This document shows positions 45,748 to 53,828 of a DNA stretch of 53,828 nt, one piece after another. Made by a program: the position numbers and the translations under genes. The stretch covers positions 1-53,828 of the IMG/VR virus record IMGVR_UViG_3300037325_000128; one strand, written 5' to 3'. The stretch is from a virus. Taxonomy: Duplodnaviria; Caudoviricetes. The notes beneath the pieces are model-generated. The model was given only the letters and a program-made list of their open reading frames with translations, had not been told where the DNA came from and made no database searches. Within the stretch, counting starts at the first letter, position 1, and each line of letters starts with the position of its first letter.

Positions 45748-47329
45748 CGTCTAACATGTGATCTAGTTCCACAAGCTTCTCATCTGTCTCCGCATTTCGA
45801 CTGTCTGCCATTTGATCTTGATCTACTTGTACTTCTCCGATAGAATCCCAGTCAAATAATGCATTGCTAGTATCTTTCGATTTTACTTCTTGTCCAGTAC
45901 CTCCGAAGCTTATAGATTCTAAGAACGGATAATAATCTTCAATCATTTTTCTAGGATCGGGATTACTAGGATCAAACAGTTTCTCAACAAAATCGTTAAA
46001 AAACAATATAGTACTCGGCACATATTCACTAACTTCGTTGGCAGAAGAATTACCTTTCTGTCTTGTCCAGTCTGTGTACTTTATGTCTCGAGTAGCATAT
46101 TCCACGTCGGACAGTCGATTTATTTCTTGCACAGCCTGGATGTGATTATATACGTTATGTGCCATATACAATGCATATGAGAAAGAATCCCAGCTTGTTC
46201 TTCCCTCTTTTTTCATCTTGTTCTTATCTCCGTGACCCAACACACAGATATCACCCGCTACGAGTCTATCCATGATCGGACTCTGCCACGGCATAGCCAA
46301 CTGGGAACCTTTTAAGTCCTTACAGTCTACACCGCTATCCATAGAGTACGTTAGGCGTTTAGAGCTAAATGTATTGTAGGTATATGTAAGTCCGTATGCA
46401 GTTGCAACAAACGGACTAGCAGCGTCAAACGATACTCTGATATTTGGATTGTCATGCTTGCGTAATTCTCGCATTATGGATGTCAGGAAACACGCCCAGT
46501 CTAATCTGCCAATCCCGAGGAAGTGAATCCAGTCTTTATCCTTTAACGCATCTAGTTCTCTGAGATCTAAGATACGGTTTAGTACAGAAGGCATATGCTT
46601 CATGTTAATACCGGCGAACGCATACCCCTCTAGCGTTCTGTCTACGTCATGACCCATGGCCTCGACGCATGAAGGAATGCTGTAAGGAATAACCTGATCA
46701 AACCATATTTTAGAATTCTCGGGTGTACTACCAGACAGGACATTTAGAAATTTTGTAGCACCCGGCTTACGATTTTTGACAAAATACTCTAGATTGTGGA
46801 GTGTAATATCAATTGTGTCTTCAAACTTCTTTAGCCCTGTCTTCTTGGCGAACCTTGCATCTGCTGCGAATGCAGGCACATCCAGCGTCATGCTCCAATC
46901 AGCAGTATGCTCCAGCCATCTTAGAATTTGTTCTCTTAGAGCATCTCCCTCCGGACCTTTAATTGTTGCCCAATCTAGTTTTAGCACTCCGGTTGCGATT
47001 TGAAACCCACCCGAGTCTCCCAGGATCATAGAAGTACTCCTGTTCCTGTTCTGTACCATAGGGTCTGTTGCATTTGCCTTGTCCAGTTTTAATTGTGCAT
47101 GACCGGCAGAAAACAAGCCCCATTTGTAGTAATAGTAAGCCTTTTCTGGATCCAGAAAATTCATCCCTTCATGCCCATTTTCAAACTTTGCAGGAAGTGG
47201 GCGTCCGGCATAGCCTGGCGTTGCATCCATTTTGCCTAGCTGAATGGTGTAAAATGAGCTAATAGCGGGCAGATATACTGCCCAATTGCCTGCTTCGTGT
47301 CGTTCTGTAAAATTAACTCTGTTATTCAT
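45737..47329 (-). CDS. TGT-fold guanine transglycosylase (DpdA-like, DNA base exchange)
   Basis: ILGDSGGFQI, MTLDVP, FLNVL.G, IHFLG, SFD.ASPF; lies among replication genes. Confidence 0.85.
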   Translation of the reverse strand: MNNRVNFTERHEAGNWAVYLPAISSFYTIQLGKMDATPGYAGRPLPAKFENGHEGMNFLDPEKAYYYYKWGLFSAGHAQLKLDKANATDPMVQNRNRSTSMILGDSGGFQIATGVLKLDWATIKGPEGDALREQILRWLEHTADWSMTLDVPAFAADARFAKKTGLKKFEDTIDITLHNLEYFVKNRKPGATKFLNVLSGSTPENSKIWFDQVIPYSIPSCVEAMGHDVDRTLEGYAFAGINMKHMPSVLNRILDLRELDALKDKDWIHFLGIGRLDWACFLTSIMRELRKHDNPNIRVSFDAASPFVATAYGLTYTYNTFSSKRLTYSMDSGVDCKDLKGSQLAMPWQSPIMDRLVAGDICVLGHGDKNKMKKEGRTSWDSFSYALYMAHNVYNHIQAVQEINRLSDVEYATRDIKYTDWTRQKGNSSANEVSEYVPSTILFFNDFVEKLFDPSNPDPRKMIEDYYPFLESISFGGTGQEVKSKDTSNALFDWDSIGEVQVDQDQMADSRNAETDEKLVELDHMLDDEQ

Positions 47330-47576
47330 ATTCGTCCGTGTTTCTATAACCGATGTCGACCAGAAATTTCTCTAACTTCACAGGGTCTTCGCTCATTTCT
47401 TTAATAAAATTGTCCCGCCAAGGTTTCATTTCCGGATCTGCAAAGGAAACTTCCGCTCCACTCGGCCAGCGATTCCTGTTTGCCTTTGCAGTAGCCAGAT
47501 CACGCAAGGTATGAAAATCGGGATACTTCAGTGCAAGGAACACTGTTTCGACATCCTGTGCAGATGCGTCAATCAA
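47322..47576 (-). CDS. hypothetical protein
   Basis: 84 aa, TTG start coupled to the clamp stop. Confidence 0.55.
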   Translation of the reverse strand: MIDASAQDVETVFLALKYPDFHTLRDLATAKANRNRWPSGAEVSFADPEMKPWRDNFIKEMSEDPVKLEKFLVDIGYRNTDEYE

Positions 47577-48316
47577 GCCTTGCCTGCCGGAAGGATGTAG
47601 GAATATTTGCCGATGCCGCTGTCGATTTCTATCATCAGTGCACCCATATCAGAGAACTTCATAGTTGTTGTGGACGCTGTCTCGCTTAGTTTTAGGATTC
47701 CCAGTACCTGGGACAACGGCCATGACCACTGGTGCTTCAATGTTCCAGTTACATTACTAGCAAATGGAAGTGTGGTCCTGTCTGTGGGTCCAGTTCCGAC
47801 ATTAAACTTTAATGTACCAGCGTCCACGCTTACTACAAATCGCTTTTCAAAACCACCAAGGACTCCCTGCATATATGATAACTCTGCAATCTTTTTCTTT
47901 TCGGGAGTAACAGTTACATTCCATGTGGCACCTTTGAACGGTGGAACTTTTACTTGCTCATTGATCATAGACTCGCTCATGAATCGATAATTAGCAGTAT
48001 GTCCTTCGCCGCTAGAGAATTTAATTTCCGAAGGCACATCTACGCCGCTTCGATTTTCAGTAGTAACTGCTACCGACGCCGTACTGCCCGAGAATACAGG
48101 AAAGTCGATATATCCTTTCAGTACAGGAATCCGAGACAGTCCCACTGTTGCTTGTATACCTTCAATTGGACTATACATTTCTCCAAAAATGATTACAGTA
48201 TTGTCTGCATCTTTTGTTTCAATCTTTGCAGTAGCTGCGCTACCAATCACTTTTACCATATCAATAAAGCCTAGACCTGCTGTGTGCTTAACGATGTCTT
48301 TTAGAGAATCTAACAT
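47573..48316 (-). CDS. sliding clamp (gp45-like)
   Basis: 247 aa beta-rich, next to the polymerase, ends GKYSYILP. Confidence 0.75.
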   Translation of the reverse strand: MLDSLKDIVKHTAGLGFIDMVKVIGSAATAKIETKDADNTVIIFGEMYSPIEGIQATVGLSRIPVLKGYIDFPVFSGSTASVAVTTENRSGVDVPSEIKFSSGEGHTANYRFMSESMINEQVKVPPFKGATWNVTVTPEKKKIAELSYMQGVLGGFEKRFVVSVDAGTLKFNVGTGPTDRTTLPFASNVTGTLKHQWSWPLSQVLGILKLSETASTTTMKFSDMGALMIEIDSGIGKYSYILPAGKA

Positions 48317-48368
48317 TTATATATTCCTTTAATTTTAAATACAGTGACGCATAGTTGCGGTATGGCAA

Positions 48369-48397
48369 ATTATAACAAATTGTTCATCAAAAGTCAA
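48369..48397 (-). promoter_or_regulatory. sigma70-type promoter of the clamp-DpdA unit
   Basis: TTGACT-17-TATAAT. Confidence 0.8.
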
Positions 48398-48399
48398 TA

Positions 48400-51354
48400 T
48401 CAGATTGCACTGAAATCAAACAATGTTGCCAGGTGTGCATGTTCTTTTTGTGTTTTGCTTAGATCCCACGACAGTACGCCCAATAAGTTCTTTACCTTCT
48501 TATCTACGATACCCGCCATCATATCGTCGCTTGCAAACGGTAGTCTTAAAAACCATTCGGGTAAGTGAACTTCGTCCACTGGGTATGCAATACTAGTCAG
48601 TGTATTATCCGGCGTTTGCTTCAGCTTGCACACAATAATTTTTTGACCGTCAATGATGCGCATTGCATGTTGATCCTGATTAATTACTTTCAATGTATTC
48701 CACGCAAGGCTTGCTTTGACGTGACCTGGCATAGTCAGTCCTCCTGTAACTTGATTCTTTAATTTCTGCCTCATATGTTCCTCTTCTTTCTCTCGGTAAA
48801 ACGTCAGTTTATTAACTGCCTTGGGAGTACCTTGTTTCCACGGTTTAAGATCCTCGAACTTTTCTTTAAAAAGTCTAATTTTCTCTATAACTAAAATTTC
48901 TCCCTTGTCTGTTAATGTGTCCATCAAAATTTCCGATAAAAATTGCTGTACAAACTTAGGAGTATCAGCACGCTTTAGGTCCAGCCCTATAGCCTTAACT
49001 TTTCCGGGCTTCGCGCCAATGTCTAGTCTGAAACCATCTTTATCAAACATTAAGCAAGCATATCTTTTCTTGGACATCCAAATACCGGATTCGGAAATAG
49101 TTTCTCTGGAACTGGCAATAACTCCGGCCGATCTTTTGATCGGAACGTTGAGCCCAGTCAACAGGAATTCTGGAAATGTAGCTGACACTGCTTTCGCGAG
49201 TGCATTATAGGTATCAATTATACTTTCTTTAGTCCACTCGACCTCACCCCTGTCAATTTCTTCCCTGAGAATAGGATATGCAGAAAAATAACAGGAATCT
49301 GTATCTCCGTACACAATCGACTTACCATAATGATCGTATTCTCCTGTAATCATTTCGTTAGTCTTAGCAGCCATGTGCTTGGTAATTGTTCTACCAGTTA
49401 GTGTTGTGGACTGTCCTAGTCTCTGATCAAAAAATCTGCTGCCTGCATTCAACAACGCTCCGTAAGTAGAATTTAGGTTAATTTTTTTAACCAACTGCCT
49501 TTTATCCCAAAATCCAACAATACGTTTCAAATCTTTCTGATTTTTAAGGATAGCCTTCCCATCCTTAACCATAAGGTTATGTTGATTCATATACTGAATC
49601 ACCCGTTTCTTAGATCCCTCTTCTATCAGATCTCTTAATTTTTTTGGTTTATAAGCATCGTGCTCCAAATACGGATTTGACTTCAGTTCTGCATCACTAA
49701 TGTCTGTATTAGTAAACAAACTATCAGGCACCAAAACTCCACTAATTTTGGGATTGTCTTCCAAGTCTTGGTAGTTTCCCATAATAGATTGGAGAGTTTT
49801 ACGCTCACTGTACCACCGTGTGAGTAGTGAAGGTATAATACCCTCTACATCTGTTTTGAAGATAGTCCCATTTGCACTTATACACCAGGGCTGACCACTT
49901 TCAAATATCAGGCCGTGGAGTTCTTTACCAGTGACTTCGAATGAATTACCATCTTCCATATCAAGTGTCAGCTTGATACCGATATCTTGGCTATAGAAAT
50001 GTTCCATTTCCACTGCATTAAATTTATCATTCCACCATGATGCAAATGTATACTTCGCCCCCTTTGCCATCCAAAGCGCAATTTCGTGATTAGTTTGATC
50101 GAGTCTTAGCTGACCCACAATTGTTTCCGGGCTCATGTTAAGTGTACGGATGACAGATGGATACAGAGACTTCATGTCAGTTGATGCAATCCATCTGTGG
50201 AAGCCCTTCTTAGGAGTTGCAACCCAACCTCCCGCTGCCCGGACTGAGGTATCGTCTCTTGCAGTTCGTTTTTTATCAGGTACTACTAAATTTTTACTAT
50301 GTGCTTCCATAAGGACGTTTTGATCAGTCACAGCAACAGCCCCCATGGTTGTCTGTATTAGCACACAGCTAGAGTGTGCAATAGAGTTCGCAAGTTCAAT
50401 AAAATCTAGTTTCTTATCTAACTGATCCAGCAGGCGAGTATCCTGGATGTTGTATTCTAAGAACTTCTTGAAATCATCGTTATATAGTTCGTCTAGCGTA
50501 CCATCATATTGTACTTTAGTTTCGGCTAGTTCGATTTCAGCAATTGCATTAAGTGCGTAGCTATGACGTTCCTCGTAGTTATACTTTTTGTAAAGCTGGA
50601 GGTAATCTATATGTACTCTCCCAATCAGATCATATGTTAATTGCGCCTTGCCGCCCCTGTCATACTCTCGGGGTTTGGGTTCTTGATCCCATAAACACAG
50701 CTTCCTGGCTTCATGTTTGCCTAGCACCTTCTTAACTCGATTGACAACATAGGGAATATCGTATGCTTCGCTATTCCATCCACTTAGGGCATCTGCATCT
50801 TCGATTACGTCGATGAATGCTTTAAGCATTTCGCCTTCGGTTCTGAATAATATTGTGTTACCGACCTCTGCAGCGATAACTTCTGCTTCATCCCACGAAA
50901 GCGTCTCAGGGGGCAATGCTAGACAAATTAGCTCGTCTATCCATTGCAGGTGTACAGATATGGATGTAATATAATTGTTTGCGTCAGCAGCGTCCGACCA
51001 TCCTAATTCTTTGTCAAAACTAGTCTCGATGTCGAAAAATGCAATGTGTAAAGCAGGTGATTCGCCCGAACGATAATTTTGTTCGAAACAACGAAAAATA
51101 GGATCAATATCTGTTTCCCATTTTCTGACATTGTGTGATATAGATTTTACTAATTTTTGTTTTTCTGCATAAGACCCGGGTGTTATCTTTTTTACAGAAT
51201 CTCCGTAGATGGACTTAAATGATCCTTTTGGGTCATTTATAAAAAAATGATAGTCTGGTTGAAATTCTCGATAAACACGATTACCATTAACTCGTTCGAC
51301 TATTTTAATTACTTCTGAGGACCCGCCTCGCTTGAAGAACGCATCTACGAACAT
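48400..51354 (-). CDS. family B DNA polymerase (gp43-like)
   Basis: FDIET, GWN..YDIPY, YNIQD, DMKSLYPS, KINLNS.YG, YGDTDS, KKRY. Confidence 0.98.
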   Translation of the reverse strand: MFVDAFFKRGGSSEVIKIVERVNGNRVYREFQPDYHFFINDPKGSFKSIYGDSVKKITPGSYAEKQKLVKSISHNVRKWETDIDPIFRCFEQNYRSGESPALHIAFFDIETSFDKELGWSDAADANNYITSISVHLQWIDELICLALPPETLSWDEAEVIAAEVGNTILFRTEGEMLKAFIDVIEDADALSGWNSEAYDIPYVVNRVKKVLGKHEARKLCLWDQEPKPREYDRGGKAQLTYDLIGRVHIDYLQLYKKYNYEERHSYALNAIAEIELAETKVQYDGTLDELYNDDFKKFLEYNIQDTRLLDQLDKKLDFIELANSIAHSSCVLIQTTMGAVAVTDQNVLMEAHSKNLVVPDKKRTARDDTSVRAAGGWVATPKKGFHRWIASTDMKSLYPSVIRTLNMSPETIVGQLRLDQTNHEIALWMAKGAKYTFASWWNDKFNAVEMEHFYSQDIGIKLTLDMEDGNSFEVTGKELHGLIFESGQPWCISANGTIFKTDVEGIIPSLLTRWYSERKTLQSIMGNYQDLEDNPKISGVLVPDSLFTNTDISDAELKSNPYLEHDAYKPKKLRDLIEEGSKKRVIQYMNQHNLMVKDGKAILKNQKDLKRIVGFWDKRQLVKKINLNSTYGALLNAGSRFFDQRLGQSTTLTGRTITKHMAAKTNEMITGEYDHYGKSIVYGDTDSCYFSAYPILREEIDRGEVEWTKESIIDTYNALAKAVSATFPEFLLTGLNVPIKRSAGVIASSRETISESGIWMSKKRYACLMFDKDGFRLDIGAKPGKVKAIGLDLKRADTPKFVQQFLSEILMDTLTDKGEILVIEKIRLFKEKFEDLKPWKQGTPKAVNKLTFYREKEEEHMRQKLKNQVTGGLTMPGHVKASLAWNTLKVINQDQHAMRIIDGQKIIVCKLKQTPDNTLTSIAYPVDEVHLPEWFLRLPFASDDMMAGIVDKKVKNLLGVLSWDLSKTQKEHAHLATLFDFSAI

Positions 51355-51605
51355 TAACCTAGACCCCCGGCTTTATATAGTTCGTCCAATTCATCAAATG
51401 CTTCTCGGGCGTCGTTCATCTTGTTTTTCTGGACCATCTTGATCAGCTTGTTTAATTGAGCCGGCTTAACATCTAGCTCGTCTGCAATAGCTTTTACAGT
51501 ATCACTTAACCCTCCCCTCAAGTCTTCACATTCTTGTAATACCTGAACTCCGTCTGCTACTAATTGCTTTAGTCTTGCAATATTTTCTGATGATAAATTA
51601 GCCAT
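51354..51605 (-). CDS. DsbA-like dsDNA-binding protein
   Basis: 83 aa helical; DTVKAIADELDVKP..LNKLI; TAATG coupling to pol. Confidence 0.65.
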   Translation of the reverse strand: MANLSSENIARLKQLVADGVQVLQECEDLRGGLSDTVKAIADELDVKPAQLNKLIKMVQKNKMNDAREAFDELDELYKAGGLG

Positions 51606-51730
51606 GGTTCTCCTTAATCTTATATGTAATGTTATAGGTATATGGTACGAAAGTCAACGACTTCTGAGAGAAATTCAAATTGACCAATAAGTGATATTAC
51701 CCTGTCCCTGGATAATATTTAGTACAGAGA

Positions 51731-52282
51731 TTATGTAGATGTAAATAATTTCATTTGAAGGTTCAAAATATTTTTCATCGTCTCAGACTTCTCGTCGAAG
51801 AAATATTTAAACCTGTCAACTGTGGTGGCTTGTGGCAAGTGTACCTTGGCCGTAATATCCGATCCGGCTCTTTCGGTAACTCGGAGATTATGCTTCTTAG
51901 CAAGGTGCTGAATTTTCTTATTCTCGCTTATGCAATGCATGAACATACTTTCGATGCCATTCATTTTTGCCCACTCTATTGCAGATCCCATAAGTTTGTC
52001 TGCTATTCCTTTTCCTTGCCGGTCCGAATCTACGCTTACTGCCAACTCCCATGTGGTACCGTGGTCTATTGCCAAATGGCAAAATCCTACAATTTTCCCA
52101 CTATCTTTGGCAGTAAACATCACATGCTTTTCGGGATTATACAGCATGGACAGAATTATTGCATCTATTGTATAATCGGACACATTGGTGCCAAACCTGG
52201 TATACTTGTCACTTGACTGTAAATTTTTCAAATGATGGGAATATTCTTTTAGGTATCGAGTACCCGTATGTTTGATAATCAT
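51731..52282 (-). CDS. GNAT acetyltransferase
   Basis: ELAVSV..RQGKGIA..CISEN..HLAKK. Confidence 0.9.
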   Translation of the reverse strand: MIIKHTGTRYLKEYSHHLKNLQSSDKYTRFGTNVSDYTIDAIILSMLYNPEKHVMFTAKDSGKIVGFCHLAIDHGTTWELAVSVDSDRQGKGIADKLMGSAIEWAKMNGIESMFMHCISENKKIQHLAKKHNLRVTERAGSDITAKVHLPQATTVDRFKYFFDEKSETMKNILNLQMKLFTST

Positions 52283-52334
52283 ATTTAACCTAATTAGGGA
52301 GACTTATATAATGTTTTTCTGTGGCGGGCCGATG

Positions 52335-52778
52335 CTAACCTATCACATCGTGATTCATTATCGTCTGCTCGATATGAGCTTGCACCTGCAGGTATTCACG
52401 CAACAGCGTATAAGCGTGATCACCTCGAAGTTCACCCCATACCAATGCTTGATCAGGTGTCATAGTCATATATTCGCTTGCATGATCGTATGCAATAAGT
52501 GCCAATGCTGCACCACGCGCCGCCCGCGAATCTGGCCCCGCCAGCGTGGCGGCCGTCGCCGCACTCCATGCCGCACTCCTTTCCGCGATATATTCCGCAT
52601 CCCTTGCCGAACTCCTTGTTTCGGTCCGCGCCGCACTCCATGCTGCATTTCTTCTCACATGCCATGAGTCATTTCTTCTCATATCCCGGACAGCTTTAAA
52701 TATAGCATGATGATTATTGAAGTCAACCAAAACCTTATCTATGTGTGCCGCGTTGGGTAAGTGGCTCCATGCTGTCAT
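52335..52778 (-). CDS. Ala/Trp-repeat protein, paralog 1
   Basis: MTAWSHLPNAAHID..AAWSAA repeats..ALIAYDHA. Confidence 0.8.
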   Translation of the reverse strand: MTAWSHLPNAAHIDKVLVDFNNHHAIFKAVRDMRRNDSWHVRRNAAWSAARTETRSSARDAEYIAERSAAWSAATAATLAGPDSRAARGAALALIAYDHASEYMTMTPDQALVWGELRGDHAYTLLREYLQVQAHIEQTIMNHDVIG

Positions 52779-53164
52779 GTGATAGTTTCTAGTCGTGTCT
52801 GAGCAATTTGCACTCGTATCTGCAAGTAAGGACGGAGTAGTACATATACAGGATCACCACTAAGTTCACCCCATACCTGTGCTTGATTCGGAGTCATAGT
52901 CATATATTCGTCTGCATGATCGTATGCAATGAGTGCCAATATAGCAGTTCTGGCTGCGGACCTAGATGATACCATTGGCACGTCCCATGCCGAACCCCAT
53001 GCCGAACCCCTTTCTGCCTGTGCATGACAAGCCGCTGATGCTGTGGCCCATGCAATGCTATCAGCAGTATCCCATACATTACCGAACTCAATAGGATGAA
53101 TCTTTAAGTCAACCAAGACTTGGTCGATGTGTGCCGCGTTGGGCAGGTGGCTCCAAGCTGTCAT
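52775..53164 (-). CDS. Ala/Trp-repeat protein, paralog 2
   Basis: Same N- and C-terminal blocks; start placed at MTAWSH. Confidence 0.8.
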   Translation of the reverse strand: MTAWSHLPNAAHIDQVLVDLKIHPIEFGNVWDTADSIAWATASAACHAQAERGSAWGSAWDVPMVSSRSAARTAILALIAYDHADEYMTMTPNQAQVWGELSGDPVYVLLRPYLQIRVQIAQTRLETIT

Positions 53165-53189
53165 ATAATTTCCAATCGTACTATGTACT

Positions 53190-53218
53190 ATTATAGTCGG
53201 GATTGGGGTCAGGGTCAA
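53190..53218 (-). promoter_or_regulatory. sigma70-type early promoter
   Basis: TTGACC-17-TATAAT. Confidence 0.75.
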
Positions 53219-53272
53219 CCGGTTGTTTCGCCGACGTGCTTACACATAACGCACCACAGCATGCGCCGAAGC

Positions 53273-53659
53273 TCAGTGGGTGTGTTTCTTGCGGTAGTCG
53301 TCCACCGCCGCCTTAATGGCGTCTTCAGCCAAGATGGAGCAGTGAATCTTCACTGGTGGCAAGGCCAACTCTTCGGCAATTTCGCTGTTTTTAAGTGCCG
53401 CCGCCTGATCCAGCGTTTTGCCTTTGACCCACTCTGTCACCAGCGAGCTCGACGCGATAGCCGAACCGCAGCCATAGGTCTTGAAGCGCGCATCTTCGAT
53501 GACGCCGCTGATCGGGTTCACCTTGATTTGCAGCTTCATCACGTCGCCGCAGGCAGGTGCCCCCACCATGCCAGTGCCAACAGACTCATCTCCCTTGTCG
53601 AACGAGCCGACGTTGCGGGGGTTTTCGTAATGGTCCACCACTTTTTCACTATACGCCAT
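53273..53659 (-). CDS. iscU: Fe-S cluster scaffold IscU
   Basis: MAYSEKVVDHYENPRNVG..GAPACGD..GCGSAIAS..LPPVKIHC; 128 aa; AAGGAG RBS. Confidence 0.98.
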   Translation of the reverse strand: MAYSEKVVDHYENPRNVGSFDKGDESVGTGMVGAPACGDVMKLQIKVNPISGVIEDARFKTYGCGSAIASSSLVTEWVKGKTLDQAAALKNSEIAEELALPPVKIHCSILAEDAIKAAVDDYRKKHTH

Positions 53660-53670
53660 AATTTTCTCCT

Positions 53671-53828
53671 TTAATGAGCCGCCCACTGGATTGTGGACAA
53701 GTCTATACCGTCTTTGAACATTTCCCACAGGGGAGACAACTCGCGCAGCTTCGCCACGTTCTCTTTGATCGTACCAACAGCGTAATCAATTTCTTCTTCG
53801 GTGGTCCAGCGGCCAAGCGTCATGCGCA
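53671..53828 (-). CDS. iscS: cysteine desulfurase IscS (C-terminal part only)
   Basis: Manual: [41 protein letters not shown]. Confidence 0.95.
   Translation of the reverse strand, partial: RMTLGRWTTEEEIDYAVGTIKENVAKLRELSPLWEMFKDGIDLSTIQWAAH

Noticed and set aside
45737-47329. Ordinary tRNA-guanine transglycosylase for queuosine
   Set aside because: No Zn-binding CxCxxC motif, longer than bacterial TGT, in a replication context, and no GUN-anticodon tRNAs in the window; a DNA target is more likely but not proven
49515-49790. Intein or intron in the DNA polymerase
   Set aside because: No C/S..HN splice motifs, no LAGLIDADG, and the frame is continuous
52335-53164. Diversity-generating retroelement TR/VR pair
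   Set aside because: Differences are not adenine-specific, both copies are full ORFs, and no reverse transcriptase is present
53120-53674. Long plus-strand ORFs (also 4196-4714, 24071-24571, 51755-52216 and others)
   Set aside because: Antisense shadows of well-supported minus-strand genes with no recognisable motifs

Overview
A 53.8 kb segment of a large, AT-rich, T4-like (probably jumbo) dsDNA phage genome, read in the standard genetic code, with almost all genes on the minus strand. The right third holds a replication and DNA-modification block: DsbA-like protein, family B DNA polymerase, sliding clamp, a TGT/DpdA-type guanine transglycosylase, a Gfo/Idh/MocA oxidoreductase, an MDR dehydrogenase, a GT-B glycosyltransferase, an unknown protein, a QueD-fold protein with an LxxxHRHxF (DpdL-type) motif, peptide deformylase, GalE, QueE, and an RNase H/FEN nuclease. 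Together these suggest a 7-deazaguanine pathway extended by sugar and redox enzymes, which is the best candidate for an undescribed system. The left two-thirds is an accessory region with many small ORFs behind consensus sigma70 promoters. It contains three tRNAs, RtcB, a macrodomain protein, a MoxR-VWA pair, HNH, two muralytic enzymes, glyA, two paralog families, several decayed genes and candidate structured RNAs. Three short tandem arrays share the motif TAGGWTTNCTR. The window ends in GC-richer, betaproteobacterial-looking iscU-iscS genes. All calls come from motif recognition by eye; no database searches were run.
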